From Candidatus Poribacteria bacterium (GTDB taxonomy: Bacteria; Poribacteria; WGA-4E; WGA-3G): a stretch of DNA of 64,000 bases. Made by a program: the position numbers and the translations under genes. Below, in pieces: positions 19,963-29,693 of this stretch. Below the pieces are notes generated by a model. The model saw nothing but the letters and a program-made list of their open reading frames with translations. It did no database searches and had not been told where the DNA came from. How positions within the stretch are numbered: the stretch's first letter is position 1; every line of letters begins with the position of its first letter. Location of the stretch: contig CAXXUA010000005.1 in the NCBI GenBank assembly GCA_963663765.2, forward strand, positions 576,001 to 640,000, given 5' to 3'.

Positions 19963-21657
19963 CTAATTCTGTCCCAAAACCTTCAGAAACTCAGGATCTT
20001 CCTTTACTTCTGAAAATTCAGGTGTTTCAAGGAAGGCAGGATAGTATCTTGCTTCATTCCAATAATTTCCGATGTAGTTTGAAGCAAGTTTCAAATTGTG
20101 CAGAGTCTTCTCTCGATCTTTCTCAGTTACCCAGATTGCGACAGCGAGCATGAAATACGCCCAATCGTTCTTATTTTGCAGATCAAGAGAGGTTTTTAAG
20201 AAACGTTTTGCTTCCTCATACTTCTTTGACCAGACGAGGCAACACCCGAAGTCATGAGCAGCCCAGATAAGATCACCCGTATTGACAGGATAACCAGCTC
20301 CATGTTTTTCGACTTCCAATTCAATAAACTTACTGAGGTCCGAAAACACTGAATCAAAAAGTACCCAGTCTTCCTGTTTACTGTAAATCAAGACTTTATT
20401 CGTTCTAATAGCCAACCAGAATCGGAAATAATGTTTCCAATCCTGATCTTTGTTAGCATGTTCTAACTTATCTAAGCCAAGAAGTGCATCCTCAAAAAGA
20501 TCGTTGTTTCGTAATACCTCTGCTCCAATTTGCAGAAAATCACAGCGGGAGTAGTCACTCACATCTTGGTTGACTAAACGTTCGGATGCCTCATCATGAA
20601 GTTGAATCCATTCTTCAATTCGACCTTCATCTTTCCAACATCCGGCAGCGTTCAGATTAGACATCACCTCTAATACATGCTTATCTGACATGTGCTGGCA
20701 TGTCCAACGGTAAAGCCGTGTATGCTCTTCAATAGTTTCTCGGTTTCTTTCCAAACAAGCAAGACTATTCACTAAGTTCTGATGTGCCCAGAAACGTTCG
20801 TCATCACTTGGTGCTTTGTCTTGATAATTTCGGAGTAGTGCAATCCGACTTTCCATTCCGATTTTTCCATAATGCGCGTAAATATCATCCACAGCAAAAT
20901 GCACCAACTCTTTTGTGATTTTTCCCTTGAGTGCCTCTTCTACCTCAACATAAGCTTCCTTAAGGATTTCCTCTCCTGAGAGAATATCATTCTGCGTAAT
21001 GGGATAAGATTCTACCTTTTCCATATACGCATTAAATTTGCTGCGAATGTCTTCCAATTTAACAGACATAATATCTCCTTTGTAACCACTCCAAATCTCA
21101 CGAATTGTATATTCCTCCTTCAGTAGACGTTTACGGGCGCGATGGAGCCGACTCTTGACCGTATTCGTTGATACACCCAAAAAATCGCTAATATCTGCAC
21201 ACGTCATGTCTTCAAGATAGTGTAACCTGATAGTGGTACGTTCACCCACTGGTAACTTTTGAAGAAGGTGTTTAACAACTTCGCGTTGTTGTTCAAACGC
21301 AATTTCCTTTTGCTGTTTTTCGTGGTACTTTGTATAAGCCAGTTCCTCTAATTCCCCAGCAGGCATGGTATCTAAGGACGTCATTGGAATCCGCTTTTTT
21401 TCATACCAAGCGTAACAATAACGAGCTGCTATCACATAAAGCCACCCAACAAAACTATTCTGATTCTTCAATGTGTGAAGTTTCTGGTGGACTCTCAAGA
21501 ATATATCTTGCGTGACTTCTTCAGCGATGTGGTAGTCACCGATTTTCCGCCATACGAAAGTGTGAACGGGCTTTTGGTATTTTTGCACAAGTACGTTGAA
21601 AGCAGATTGGTCACCTGCCAATGTTCGTTGAATCAATTGTGCGTCATCGTTTTTCAT
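19963..21657 (-). CDS. ECF sigma-70 factor fused to a helical/TPR-like C-terminal domain
   Basis: Sigma2 (AFNVLVQKY...AEEVTQDIFL...FVGWLY), sigma4 (TVKSRLHRARKRL); C-terminus helical with TPR-like repeats. Confidence 0.88.
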   Translation of the reverse strand: MKNDDAQLIQRTLAGDQSAFNVLVQKYQKPVHTFVWRKIGDYHIAEEVTQDIFLRVHQKLHTLKNQNSFVGWLYVIAARYCYAWYEKKRIPMTSLDTMPAGELEELAYTKYHEKQQKEIAFEQQREVVKHLLQKLPVGERTTIRLHYLEDMTCADISDFLGVSTNTVKSRLHRARKRLLKEEYTIREIWSGYKGDIMSVKLEDIRSKFNAYMEKVESYPITQNDILSGEEILKEAYVEVEEALKGKITKELVHFAVDDIYAHYGKIGMESRIALLRNYQDKAPSDDERFWAHQNLVNSLACLERNRETIEEHTRLYRWTCQHMSDKHVLEVMSNLNAAGCWKDEGRIEEWIQLHDEASERLVNQDVSDYSRCDFLQIGAEVLRNNDLFEDALLGLDKLEHANKDQDWKHYFRFWLAIRTNKVLIYSKQEDWVLFDSVFSDLSKFIELEVEKHGAGYPVNTGDLIWAAHDFGCCLVWSKKYEEAKRFLKTSLDLQNKNDWAYFMLAVAIWVTEKDREKTLHNLKLASNYIGNYWNEARYYPAFLETPEFSEVKEDPEFLKVLGQN

Positions 21658-21694
21658 GTTTCAGCTCCAAAAACATATCGTCTTTCATAATGTT

Positions 21695-21724
21695 AAGATA
21701 GGTTATAGAAGCGGGAGGGTTGCA
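21695..21724 (-). promoter_or_regulatory. Putative ECF-type promoter TGCAAC-N18-TATCTT
   Basis: Upstream of the ECF gene; motif shared with other ECF loci. Confidence 0.45.
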
Positions 21725-21759
21725 CAAAGTGTGGAATTTTGGAGATGAGACATATATAA

Positions 21760-21918
21760 TACCATTTCTGATTGTTTATACAACAAAATATCTTAGGTCG
21801 GTGCAAGCATAACAACCTCCGACACATAAAATATTATTGAGTTTTCCGTGTCGGAGGTCGCAAACTCGTTCCGACCGACAAAATAGATATAATGGCTGTG
21901 TATGAATAAGAAATGTAT
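21760..21918. mobile_element. Degenerate D-type MITE with REPIN (GTCGGAGGT... palindromes)
   Basis: TACCATTTCTGATT...AATAAGAAATGTA; internal inverted pair ACCTCCGACAC / GTGTCGGAGGT. Confidence 0.55.
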
Positions 21919-22003
21919 AAAAACATTGATTTTTGGTTTGTGACGTTTGTCACCACGCAATTCATGTGAGATCTTGTTCAGTCAAAATTATGAATTTCAC
22001 ATA

Positions 22004-23706
22004 CTATTTTCCAAAAATATGCAGAAACTCTGGATCGTCCTTTATATCTGAAAACTCGTGTGTGCTACGAAAAGATGAATAGTAACTATCCATATAATTG
22101 TAGGCTTCTACTATATAGTAGTCCTGAGCAATTTTTAAATGATGCAAAGTTTTCTCGCGATCCTTCTTTGATGCCCAGATACTCACAGCGAGCATGAAGT
22201 GTCCATAATGATTGTTATTCCCCAAATCACTCGCAACCTGCAGGAATCGTGTTGCATCACTATACTTACCTAACCACACAAGGACACACCCTATATCATG
22301 AGTAAACCATATTAGATCACTAAGATCTACAGGTTGACCTGCTTCCATTTTTTCAACTCTACTTCCATATAGTAAGTAACTTCCGTAATAATTTCAATGT
22401 AACGTTCCCACTCCTTCTTTCTGGCATACAGTAGAAGTCGATTTGTTCTCACAGCCAACCAAAATCGAAAAAAATGTTTCCAATCTTGTTTAGTGTTCAC
22501 GCGTTCCAATTTCTCTATCTCTTGAAGTGCCTCATCAGTCCTACCGTTTGCACGTAAGACTTCTGCTCCCATTTGCAAAAAATCGCAGCGACTGTAGTAA
22601 CTCACTTCAGATTTATCTAAACGTTCAGATGCTTCAGTATATAGTTGGATCCAGTCATCAATTCTATTTTCAGCTGCCCAACATCCAGCACTATTTAGAT
22701 TAGAAATAATTTGCAAGACATCCTTATCAGGTAGGTTTTGGTGGCATGCCCACTTGTAAAGTCGAGTGTGTTCCTCAACAGCTTCTCGGTTCTTCCCGAG
22801 AATAGAGAGACTGATGACTAAATTCTCATGTGCCCAAAAACGTTCTGTATCATCTGGTGCATCATCCAAATATTTACGGAGTAAAGTCACACGTTTTTCT
22901 ATACCGAGTCTACCCATGTGTGGATACAAATTATCAACCACAAGATGTACTAATTCAGGTGTAATTTCGCCCTTAAGCGTATCTTCAATCTCTTTGGATG
23001 CATCCTTAAGAATACTCTCTCTTGATGTTGGATCAGATTTTACTTGTTCCATGAATGAATCGAACTTGCTGCGAAGTTGCTCTAATTGACTCATTATATT
23101 CTCCTTTAAATCATGGGGTATTTGTATTTGACCAAAGAATTCTTGATCTAACAGTTCCTGATCAGTTTGTAAACGTTTTCGTGCACGTTGGAGACGGCTG
23201 GTAATTGTATTTACCGACACTCCCATGAATTCACCAATCTCTTTTGTTGACATTTCGTCGAGATAGTAGTGTGTTACCACCGCGCGTTCTTCCTCTGGTA
23301 GTTTATCCAGTAGCTTTTGCACAAGCTCCTGGCAATACTCGTTTCTATCAGTTACCCACTGTTCCGCAATGTGATGAGTATAAGAGGCTTCCCCAATTTC
23401 TTCTGGATGAGTGGTCTCCAGAGATTGCATCACAGGCTTTTGCTTTCGTATCCAATCAATGCAAAGGTGTTTTGCGATGACATGAATCCATCCTGCAAAT
23501 TGGTCATGATCTTTGAGTGTAGACAATTTTTTATATGCCTTAAGGAATGTGTCTTGCATGATCTCTTCCGCATAGTGAAAGTCGTGTAACTTTCTCCATG
23601 CAAGCGCGTGAATGCTCTTTTGGTACCTTTCTACCAAGACACCAAACGCAGCCTCGTCCCCAGATAAGATTTTGCGTATCAATTTAACATCGTCATCTCT
23701 TTCCAC
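22004..23706 (-). pseudogene. ECF sigma + TPR-like fusion (paralog of 19963-21657), split by a 1-nt frameshift near 22350
   Basis: ORFs 22327-23706 and 22004-22348 together align end to end with the paralog; the shift lies at or near the A6 run in GAGTTGAAAAAATGG. Confidence 0.8.
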
Positions 23707-23718
23707 AAGATTTTCCCA

Positions 23719-26040
23719 TTATTTCAGATATTCGTCGAACCAGTTTAGCACTCGTTCCCAATAATCGGCAAGTTTTTCATTTGACCAGAAGCCATGCCAG
23801 TGGTCTGCCTCCTTGTATTTCAATAACACAACTTCTTTCTCAAGATTTGCAAGTCCAATGAACATTTCCTGTGCTTGTTCAAAGGGTATGAAATCTTGAT
23901 CTCCGTGAATCAAAAGCAAAGGAGTTTCAATCTTATCCAGATGGAACACTGGTGAACCATCAATATAACGTTGTGGAAATTCCCATAAGGAACCACCCAT
24001 TCCAGCTTGTCCCGTCTCGTGCCAACCGGTACCAAGTCCACTATATAGGTATCCACTGATTAAGTTGCCTACAGATGCAGAAGCGACTGCTGCTTTAAAT
24101 CGCGTTGTTTGTGTGATAAGCACATTTACAGTATATCCCCCGAAACTATGACCGATGACACCCAACCGTTCTGCATCTATCTTTTTAGTCGCAATTGCAG
24201 CGTCAATTCCTGGAAGAATGACACTGGAAAACTGCTTGAACGGTTCAATCTTCGGGACGGGGAAATCGGGCAAGAAAAGCGCATAGCCTCGTGAGACAAA
24301 CATACCCGGATGTGCCCCCCCTATGTTCTCCCCGAAAGCAAATCTGTTGAAGGCATGTGAATGGGTGCCTCCTGCATAAGTGTTTACGATCATCGGGACA
24401 GGATTTTTCTCAGATGCCTCAGATGGTAGGACGAGGATCCCTTTAATTCTTTGTCCATCATCAAGGGTCCACTCAATAAGTTCGCTTGTGCCCAAGTCAA
24501 TTGTCTTTAGGTGTGGATTAGTGTCAGTAATTTGCCGCGGTGATTCAAAATTAGCATCACTCATCCAGATATTCTGCGGTTCTTGACTATTTTCCATAAC
24601 ATAAACAAATTCTCCAGTTTTCTCTGCAACATCTTGATGAAAGCGGCCTGCGTGAACATTCCGATGTTCGTCTTTGTACAAAAGTGTTATTGTGTCATCC
24701 CTGAGGTTCAGGCGATAGAAACCGTTATCATAAGTGTTTATTATGATGGCGTTATCTACCGTCAAGGGTGTATATCCTTCGCTTGGGTAAAAAACATCAT
24801 GAGCAGAAAACTCAAATTTTTCTGTCAAGTTTCGTATAGCGTCACCGTTCAGAGGTACTTTCCATATTTCACCTTTCGCGATGCATAGGAGTGCCTCGCT
24901 TTCTGCTGTCCAGAGTGCGGGTTTATATAATCGTCCAAGGTCAACGTCAAGGTCTTCTGTGAGATTGCGGACAATACCTGTTTCTAATTCAACAACGTAT
25001 GCATTCCCTGATGCTAATTTACCCCCCTCACCGCCTGTTGTCCATGCAACGTGTTTTGAGTCTGGAGACCAATTGACAGTAATTCCGTACGCAAGACGTA
25101 TCTTCCGAACAAGAGGTTCAATTTCCGTGGTGGAAGACTCACTTAACTCCTTTGGTAGCGGTAAGATGTAGAGATCAAAGATACGTTGTTGCACATCAGG
25201 TCTTTCATTTCCCAAGTTAACCGTAACAGCAACATGTTCCCCGTTCGGAGCAATATCAAAACTTCTGATCTCATACTCCTTCATCAACGAGAATGTTTTC
25301 CCGGTTTTAGTGTCAGCTATAACAAGGTTTTTGTCCGCTCTTCCTCGTTCTTTTCTTTTAGGTTGTTCGTTTTCCTGTGTTGATTCATCTTCTCGTTTTT
25401 GAAATCGTTTTTTGGGCCAGTCCCAAATTTCAACAAAGGAAGGTTTAGGCGAAATTTCTGATTTGTCTTCGACAGATTCCTCTTTGTTGGGGGCCTCTAT
25501 AGCAGAAATGGATTTGAAAAGAACAAACCGTCCATCTGGGGTCCATTTCGGCACCTCGAAGCCAAAGAACGTCCGAACGGTTGCCGATGTAAACTCCTGC
25601 ATGTCGTCAGATTCTCGGTTCCAGACATATAGATAAGGCTTACCCATGCGATCCGAGAAAAAGGCAAGACACGTTCCATCAGGAGACCATCTCGGTGCCC
25701 AACTTGAACCCCAATTCTGAGTGAGATTGCGATGTTCACCCGTTCGTGTATTCGTTACCCAAACCGTTCCGTACGCCATTTCTATCATCACACCTGTTTT
25801 AGAATATGCTGAGTTTCCACCGCCACCTTCATACTGCTCACGGTTCTGCGTGTTGTAGGCAATCCAGTTTCCATCGGAGGTAATATCAATAGGGACTCTG
25901 AAAATAAACTCGTTAAATTTTAGCAAATCTTCAAGTGTTAAAGGATTCAGATCTTCTCCTTCGCTAATGGTTGTTGATGTAGATACCACAAAACATAAGA
26001 GTAAACCATAGCAAATGTTAACAATGTTTTTGAAATTCAT
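23719..26040 (-). CDS. Secreted S9 family peptidase (dipeptidyl aminopeptidase/acylaminoacyl peptidase)
   Basis: PD40-like WSPDG repeats; GHSFGG nucleophile; HGDQD and EADH catalytic residues. Confidence 0.92.
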   Translation of the reverse strand: MNFKNIVNICYGLLLCFVVSTSTTISEGEDLNPLTLEDLLKFNEFIFRVPIDITSDGNWIAYNTQNREQYEGGGGNSAYSKTGVMIEMAYGTVWVTNTRTGEHRNLTQNWGSSWAPRWSPDGTCLAFFSDRMGKPYLYVWNRESDDMQEFTSATVRTFFGFEVPKWTPDGRFVLFKSISAIEAPNKEESVEDKSEISPKPSFVEIWDWPKKRFQKREDESTQENEQPKRKERGRADKNLVIADTKTGKTFSLMKEYEIRSFDIAPNGEHVAVTVNLGNERPDVQQRIFDLYILPLPKELSESSTTEIEPLVRKIRLAYGITVNWSPDSKHVAWTTGGEGGKLASGNAYVVELETGIVRNLTEDLDVDLGRLYKPALWTAESEALLCIAKGEIWKVPLNGDAIRNLTEKFEFSAHDVFYPSEGYTPLTVDNAIIINTYDNGFYRLNLRDDTITLLYKDEHRNVHAGRFHQDVAEKTGEFVYVMENSQEPQNIWMSDANFESPRQITDTNPHLKTIDLGTSELIEWTLDDGQRIKGILVLPSEASEKNPVPMIVNTYAGGTHSHAFNRFAFGENIGGAHPGMFVSRGYALFLPDFPVPKIEPFKQFSSVILPGIDAAIATKKIDAERLGVIGHSFGGYTVNVLITQTTRFKAAVASASVGNLISGYLYSGLGTGWHETGQAGMGGSLWEFPQRYIDGSPVFHLDKIETPLLLIHGDQDFIPFEQAQEMFIGLANLEKEVVLLKYKEADHWHGFWSNEKLADYWERVLNWFDEYLK

Positions 26041-26096
26041 TCTATTCTTCTCCTTTACGTAAAATTATCAATACGGTTCACACTCTCTAATATTTA

Positions 26097-26125
26097 AAGA
26101 CGAAGTTTTGATCAAAAAACGTGCA
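26097..26125 (-). promoter_or_regulatory. Putative ECF-type promoter TGCACG-N17-CGTCTT for the S9 peptidase-ECF operon
   Basis: Resembles the TGnAAC-N17-CGTC type of ECF promoter. Confidence 0.5.
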
Positions 26126-26355
26126 ATATAGTTAAAAAGTGAAAAAAAGTTATTTATGGTAGAATTTTTGTGCGGAGAAATGATAAACCCGATTTCATAA
26201 TCTCAGGGTGAGAATAATTGAGATGTGTCTCAACGTATTTAATGGTGAAGCGGATGGTTCTCAATGGTATAAGTTTGTGCCTGATATAAGTGATCATGTA
26301 ATGCGCAAACTATTCCATAAATTATCTGTGATTTAATCACTTAGTTTTTTCTGTT

Positions 26356-26477
26356 CAGGACTTACGCACCTAACGGTAGGCGCGCTTTGAAAGCGCGCTG
26401 GAAACCAAAAAAATGCTGAAAATTACACCATTTTCGTCATAATTCTTCATCAAATCATGAAAACTGCGTAAGTCCTG
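26356..26477. mobile_element. MITE family A, 5-bp duplication CTGTT
   Basis: CAGGACTTACGCA...TGCGTAAGTCCTG, 122 bp. Confidence 0.9.
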
Positions 26478-26515
26478 CTGTTTATAGTTATTTCATAGAT
26501 GTTTCGTAGATTTTA

Positions 26516-26637
26516 CAGGACTTACGCACCCAACGGTAGGCGTGCTTTGTAAGCGCGCCGGAAACCTAAAATATGCTGAAAATTACATCGTTTTCGGCTT
26601 AAGTCTTGATTGGATCATGAAAACTGCGTAAGTCCTG
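26516..26637. mobile_element. MITE family A, 5-bp duplication TTTTA
   Basis: CAGGACTTACGCA...TGCGTAAGTCCTG, 122 bp. Confidence 0.9.
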
Positions 26638-26638
26638 T

Positions 26639-26767
26639 TTTATAATTGACTTGACATTTTGAATAGTAGGAGGTAACTCCGATTTCCGACTATCAAAAGG
26701 TTTGGTCATGATTCTGAGATCGCTCCTACAGAAGAACTGACAATATATTCTCTATAATTCACGATAA
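26639..26767. mobile_element. MITE family G carrying REP GTAGGAGG(G/T)AACTCCGATT(T/C)CCGAC
   Basis: Same left end (TTATAATTGACTTGACATTTTGA) as 27386-27515. Confidence 0.7.
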
Positions 26768-26778
26768 TTCTGTAATTT

Positions 26779-27390
26779 ATAGTAGAATCCGAAAATATAT
26801 TTACACTCCGAGATAGGATCTCACATAACACGTTTGTAGGTGTTGGGTAACCCAACCCCATAAGCGTCAATTTAAGGATTTTCACCTCTTGTGGGAGGGG
26901 TTTTCAACTTAAGGATTTTCACCTCTTGTAGGCTTACAATTACCCATAAGTTTTTGGGTATAGTCCGTTAAGTCTTTTGTGGGTGCCTATTGCTTAAAAA
27001 CACCTGAAAACTGACCAATATTTTAGATGTAGCATACCGTTATAGTCCTTTTAGACAAGTTTCACAAGATTTTTAGTTCTTATGACCAGTTTTCTGTAAT
27101 CTATCGGGGTTAGAAACCCCTCCTACAGCAGCATGTCGTGCCTTTGTACCTCCAATTTGACTTATGGGTAAAAGTAAGCTTGTGGGAGGGGTTTTCAACT
27201 TAAGGATTTTCACCTCTTGTGGGAGGGTTTTTCAACCCCGATGTTTTAGCGCATTTCCGCTCAAATCGAGGTTTAAAAACCCTCCCACAAGAGAAATGAA
27301 AACAATATTTTCTTAAATTGACGCCTATGGGGCGGGGAGACCCCGCCCCTACGTCCAGTAACCAAAACTTTACACACCCTAGATTTTATA
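26779..27390. mobile_element. Triple-nested MITE cluster: outer REPIN element > family H (26861-27327) > inner element (~26930-27181)
   Basis: H: TAAGCGTCAATTTAAG...CTTAAATTGACGCCTA. Inner: GCTTACAATTACCCATAAG...CTTATGGGTAAAAGTAAGC. Outer REP halves at ~26836 and ~27328. Confidence 0.75.
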
Positions 27391-27515
27391 ATTGACTTGA
27401 CATTTTGAGTTGTAGGAGGGAACTCCGATTTCCGACTGTCAAAGGGTTTGATAGTCGGGAATCGGAGTTCCCTCCTACAACTCAGGATGTAGATTTAATT
27501 GTATAATCCACCATA
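27386..27515. mobile_element. MITE family G with REPIN
   Basis: GTAGGAGGGAACTCCGATTTCCGAC...GTCGGGAATCGGAGTTCCCTCCTAC inverted pair. Confidence 0.75.
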
Positions 27516-27525
27516 AACGCGAAAA

Positions 27526-28746
27526 CTAAGTGTCTCTGAACATAGTTTTGGAATGAAATTCAGAGATGCTTTCAACACCATGGAGCAACATTTCATCGCT
27601 TAGACCGAACACCTCAGCTACTTTCAATGGACGATCTACCGTGTCAAGAAGCCTTTGGTTCGGCATAACAAGAACAGAATCAGCATTTTCGCGAAGTTCC
27701 TGCAGTCCTTGTTCTGCGCGTTCGGCGCGCCGTTCCCCTTCAAACATAAACGGACAAGTGACAATGCCAACAGTTAGAGCCCCTTGTTCTCGCGCAAGGG
27801 ATGCAATCAGAGGTGCAGCACCTGTTCCTGTCCCACCACCCATGCCAGCGGTAATGAAGACCATGTCCGCGTCCGCAACAATGTTATGGAGCGTTTCTCT
27901 GTCTTCCTCAGCGGCTTTTTTACCTATCTCTGGATTTGCGCCACAACCAAGTCCTTGCGTGGTGTTCGCACCGATCTGAACCGGTGTTGCGTCAGCGCAT
28001 GTATCCAATGCTTGTTGATCTGTGTTTACAACGTAGAATTCAATATCTGTCAAACCGGCACCTATCATTCGTTTGACAGCGTTCCCTCCCGCTCCACCGA
28101 CGCCAATAACTTTAATTTTCGTTCGGGTGCGTTTGGATTTATCTTGTTTAGATGACATAACTTTACCTCTTTCAGGTTCAACGTTGAACTCCTTACGTAG
28201 GAGTTCACGTGCCTGTCTTAATTTGGTTTTGATTGTTCCTATCGCTAATTCGAGTTCAGCGTGGATCTCTTTGACACTCCACAATTCCAGATAGTATAAC
28301 TCCGCGACGCGGCGCACTTTTTCTGGAAGATGATGCACTGCTTCATTTACTGCCTCACGAAGTTCTGTTTCTTGGAAACGTGTAACTGCGTTCTGATCAA
28401 TTTGATCGGTTAAGTAAGCATCACTGCACAGAATTTCACCCTTTGAATGGTGGCGAGAAACGTAGTACCTCTTGCAGGCGTTGTAAGCAATGCGGTGCAG
28501 CCATCCACCAAAACTCTCAAGGTTTTGCAGTCCGCTGATGTTTTCCCAAACAGAACGCCAGACATCCATGAGAATTTCTTCAGCGTCGCGGCGTTGTCTC
28601 GAATTTGTGATAATCACTTTCCAGATGCGTGGACTATAACGCAACATCAGTTCTGTCAATGCTGATTCATCTCCGATTTGTGTAAACTGGATGAGTTCTT
28701 CATCTGTCAGATCTGTGTACGTTGATAGATTGTCTCGCATAAACAT
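27526..28746 (-). CDS. ECF sigma-70 factor fused to the N-terminal GTPase domain of FtsZ
   Basis: Sigma2/4 in aa ~10-185. Then KIKVIGVGGAGGNAV, NTD, GLGCGANPEIG, AGMGGGTGTG, PFMFEG, PNQRL. Ends before the T7 loop. Confidence 0.92.
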   Translation of the reverse strand: MFMRDNLSTYTDLTDEELIQFTQIGDESALTELMLRYSPRIWKVIITNSRQRRDAEEILMDVWRSVWENISGLQNLESFGGWLHRIAYNACKRYYVSRHHSKGEILCSDAYLTDQIDQNAVTRFQETELREAVNEAVHHLPEKVRRVAELYYLELWSVKEIHAELELAIGTIKTKLRQARELLRKEFNVEPERGKVMSSKQDKSKRTRTKIKVIGVGGAGGNAVKRMIGAGLTDIEFYVVNTDQQALDTCADATPVQIGANTTQGLGCGANPEIGKKAAEEDRETLHNIVADADMVFITAGMGGGTGTGAAPLIASLAREQGALTVGIVTCPFMFEGERRAERAEQGLQELRENADSVLVMPNQRLLDTVDRPLKVAEVFGLSDEMLLHGVESISEFHSKTMFRDT

Positions 28747-28767
28747 TTTCCAATTAGATTTAACCTA

Positions 28768-28796
28768 TAGAGTTATCTTTTTCGGTAGGGGGTTTA
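28768..28796 (-). promoter_or_regulatory. Putative ECF-type promoter TAAACC-N17-ACTCTA
   Basis: Position and spacing match the other ECF loci; weaker sequence match. Confidence 0.35.
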
Positions 28797-28853
28797 AAAA
28801 AAGCAAAATTTTTAAGAATTTAGAATCTTCCATTCTGAATTTCAGTTATTTCA

Positions 28854-29636
28854 TTAATTAGTTTTTTCCGATTTTAGATATTTTAATGTGTTTTCGACAA
28901 TGTAGTCCCCTGAATCTTCAAGAAACTGCTGAACCAGAAATGCATGCCCAGCACCGATAATCAGCAAAATTCGATCATTGGCAGATTCGGTGATGCGTGT
29001 CAGATTCACAAAGATTTTAAGATTTCTCTCGTACCAGCCCAATAACCAATCCAATCCGACATATTGGTCTGCTACACCGATTTGGGCGAGTGTGAACTGT
29101 GGAAGCATGTTAATCTCATGTATAACACGAATGGTTTCTTTCTGATTGAGAAAATGGAGCATATCAATCACACTCCCAGTTTTTTGGAGCTCTATGAGGG
29201 TGGCGAGAGGCTTCTGTACTATAGATTGAAGTCTGGTATCTGCTTTTTCCAGCAATCGGCATTGGTTATGCGTCTTTGCAAATGCATCAACATCCACTAT
29301 TTTTTCCTTGTCTGATCTCCCAAAGTAGTCAACACAGTAAATCTTTGGATGTTGCATCTCTTTTGCCAGTGGAAAACTGACTTGATCGCCTTCACTCCGT
29401 CCCGGTTTATATACTTCATTTAGATAATCTTGATACTGAGCGTTGACTTCAGCATCAAGACTGGTATCTGCCTCAACTGCTATCTTATCTGGGTTAAATT
29501 GCGCAAGTTGTTTGACAAGTTGCTGAAGTTCACGCTGCATTTTAGGAGCCAACACATCATCTGATTCAAAGTTGACAGCATCCGCTCCTGGGTTGTCCAT
29601 GTGATAAGTGCCAAGAATCATGATAGTTGGTTTCAT
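28854..29636 (-). CDS. DUF5694-like protein (TraB/erythromycin esterase-like fold)
   Basis: IMILGTYH, PDKIAVE, WYERN, LLIIGAGH motifs; AAAGGAG RBS before MKPT. Confidence 0.75.
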   Translation of the reverse strand: MKPTIMILGTYHMDNPGADAVNFESDDVLAPKMQRELQQLVKQLAQFNPDKIAVEADTSLDAEVNAQYQDYLNEVYKPGRSEGDQVSFPLAKEMQHPKIYCVDYFGRSDKEKIVDVDAFAKTHNQCRLLEKADTRLQSIVQKPLATLIELQKTGSVIDMLHFLNQKETIRVIHEINMLPQFTLAQIGVADQYVGLDWLLGWYERNLKIFVNLTRITESANDRILLIIGAGHAFLVQQFLEDSGDYIVENTLKYLKSEKTN

Positions 29637-29693
29637 TGATGTGTTTTCTCCTTTACGCACTGTAGGTTTGCATAAGAAATGGAATTATTGACA

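Noticed and set aside
27526-28158. Housekeeping ftsZ / dcw cluster
   Set aside because: It lacks the T7 loop, C-terminal domain and tail, is fused to a sigma factor, and has no ftsA/ftsQ neighbours.
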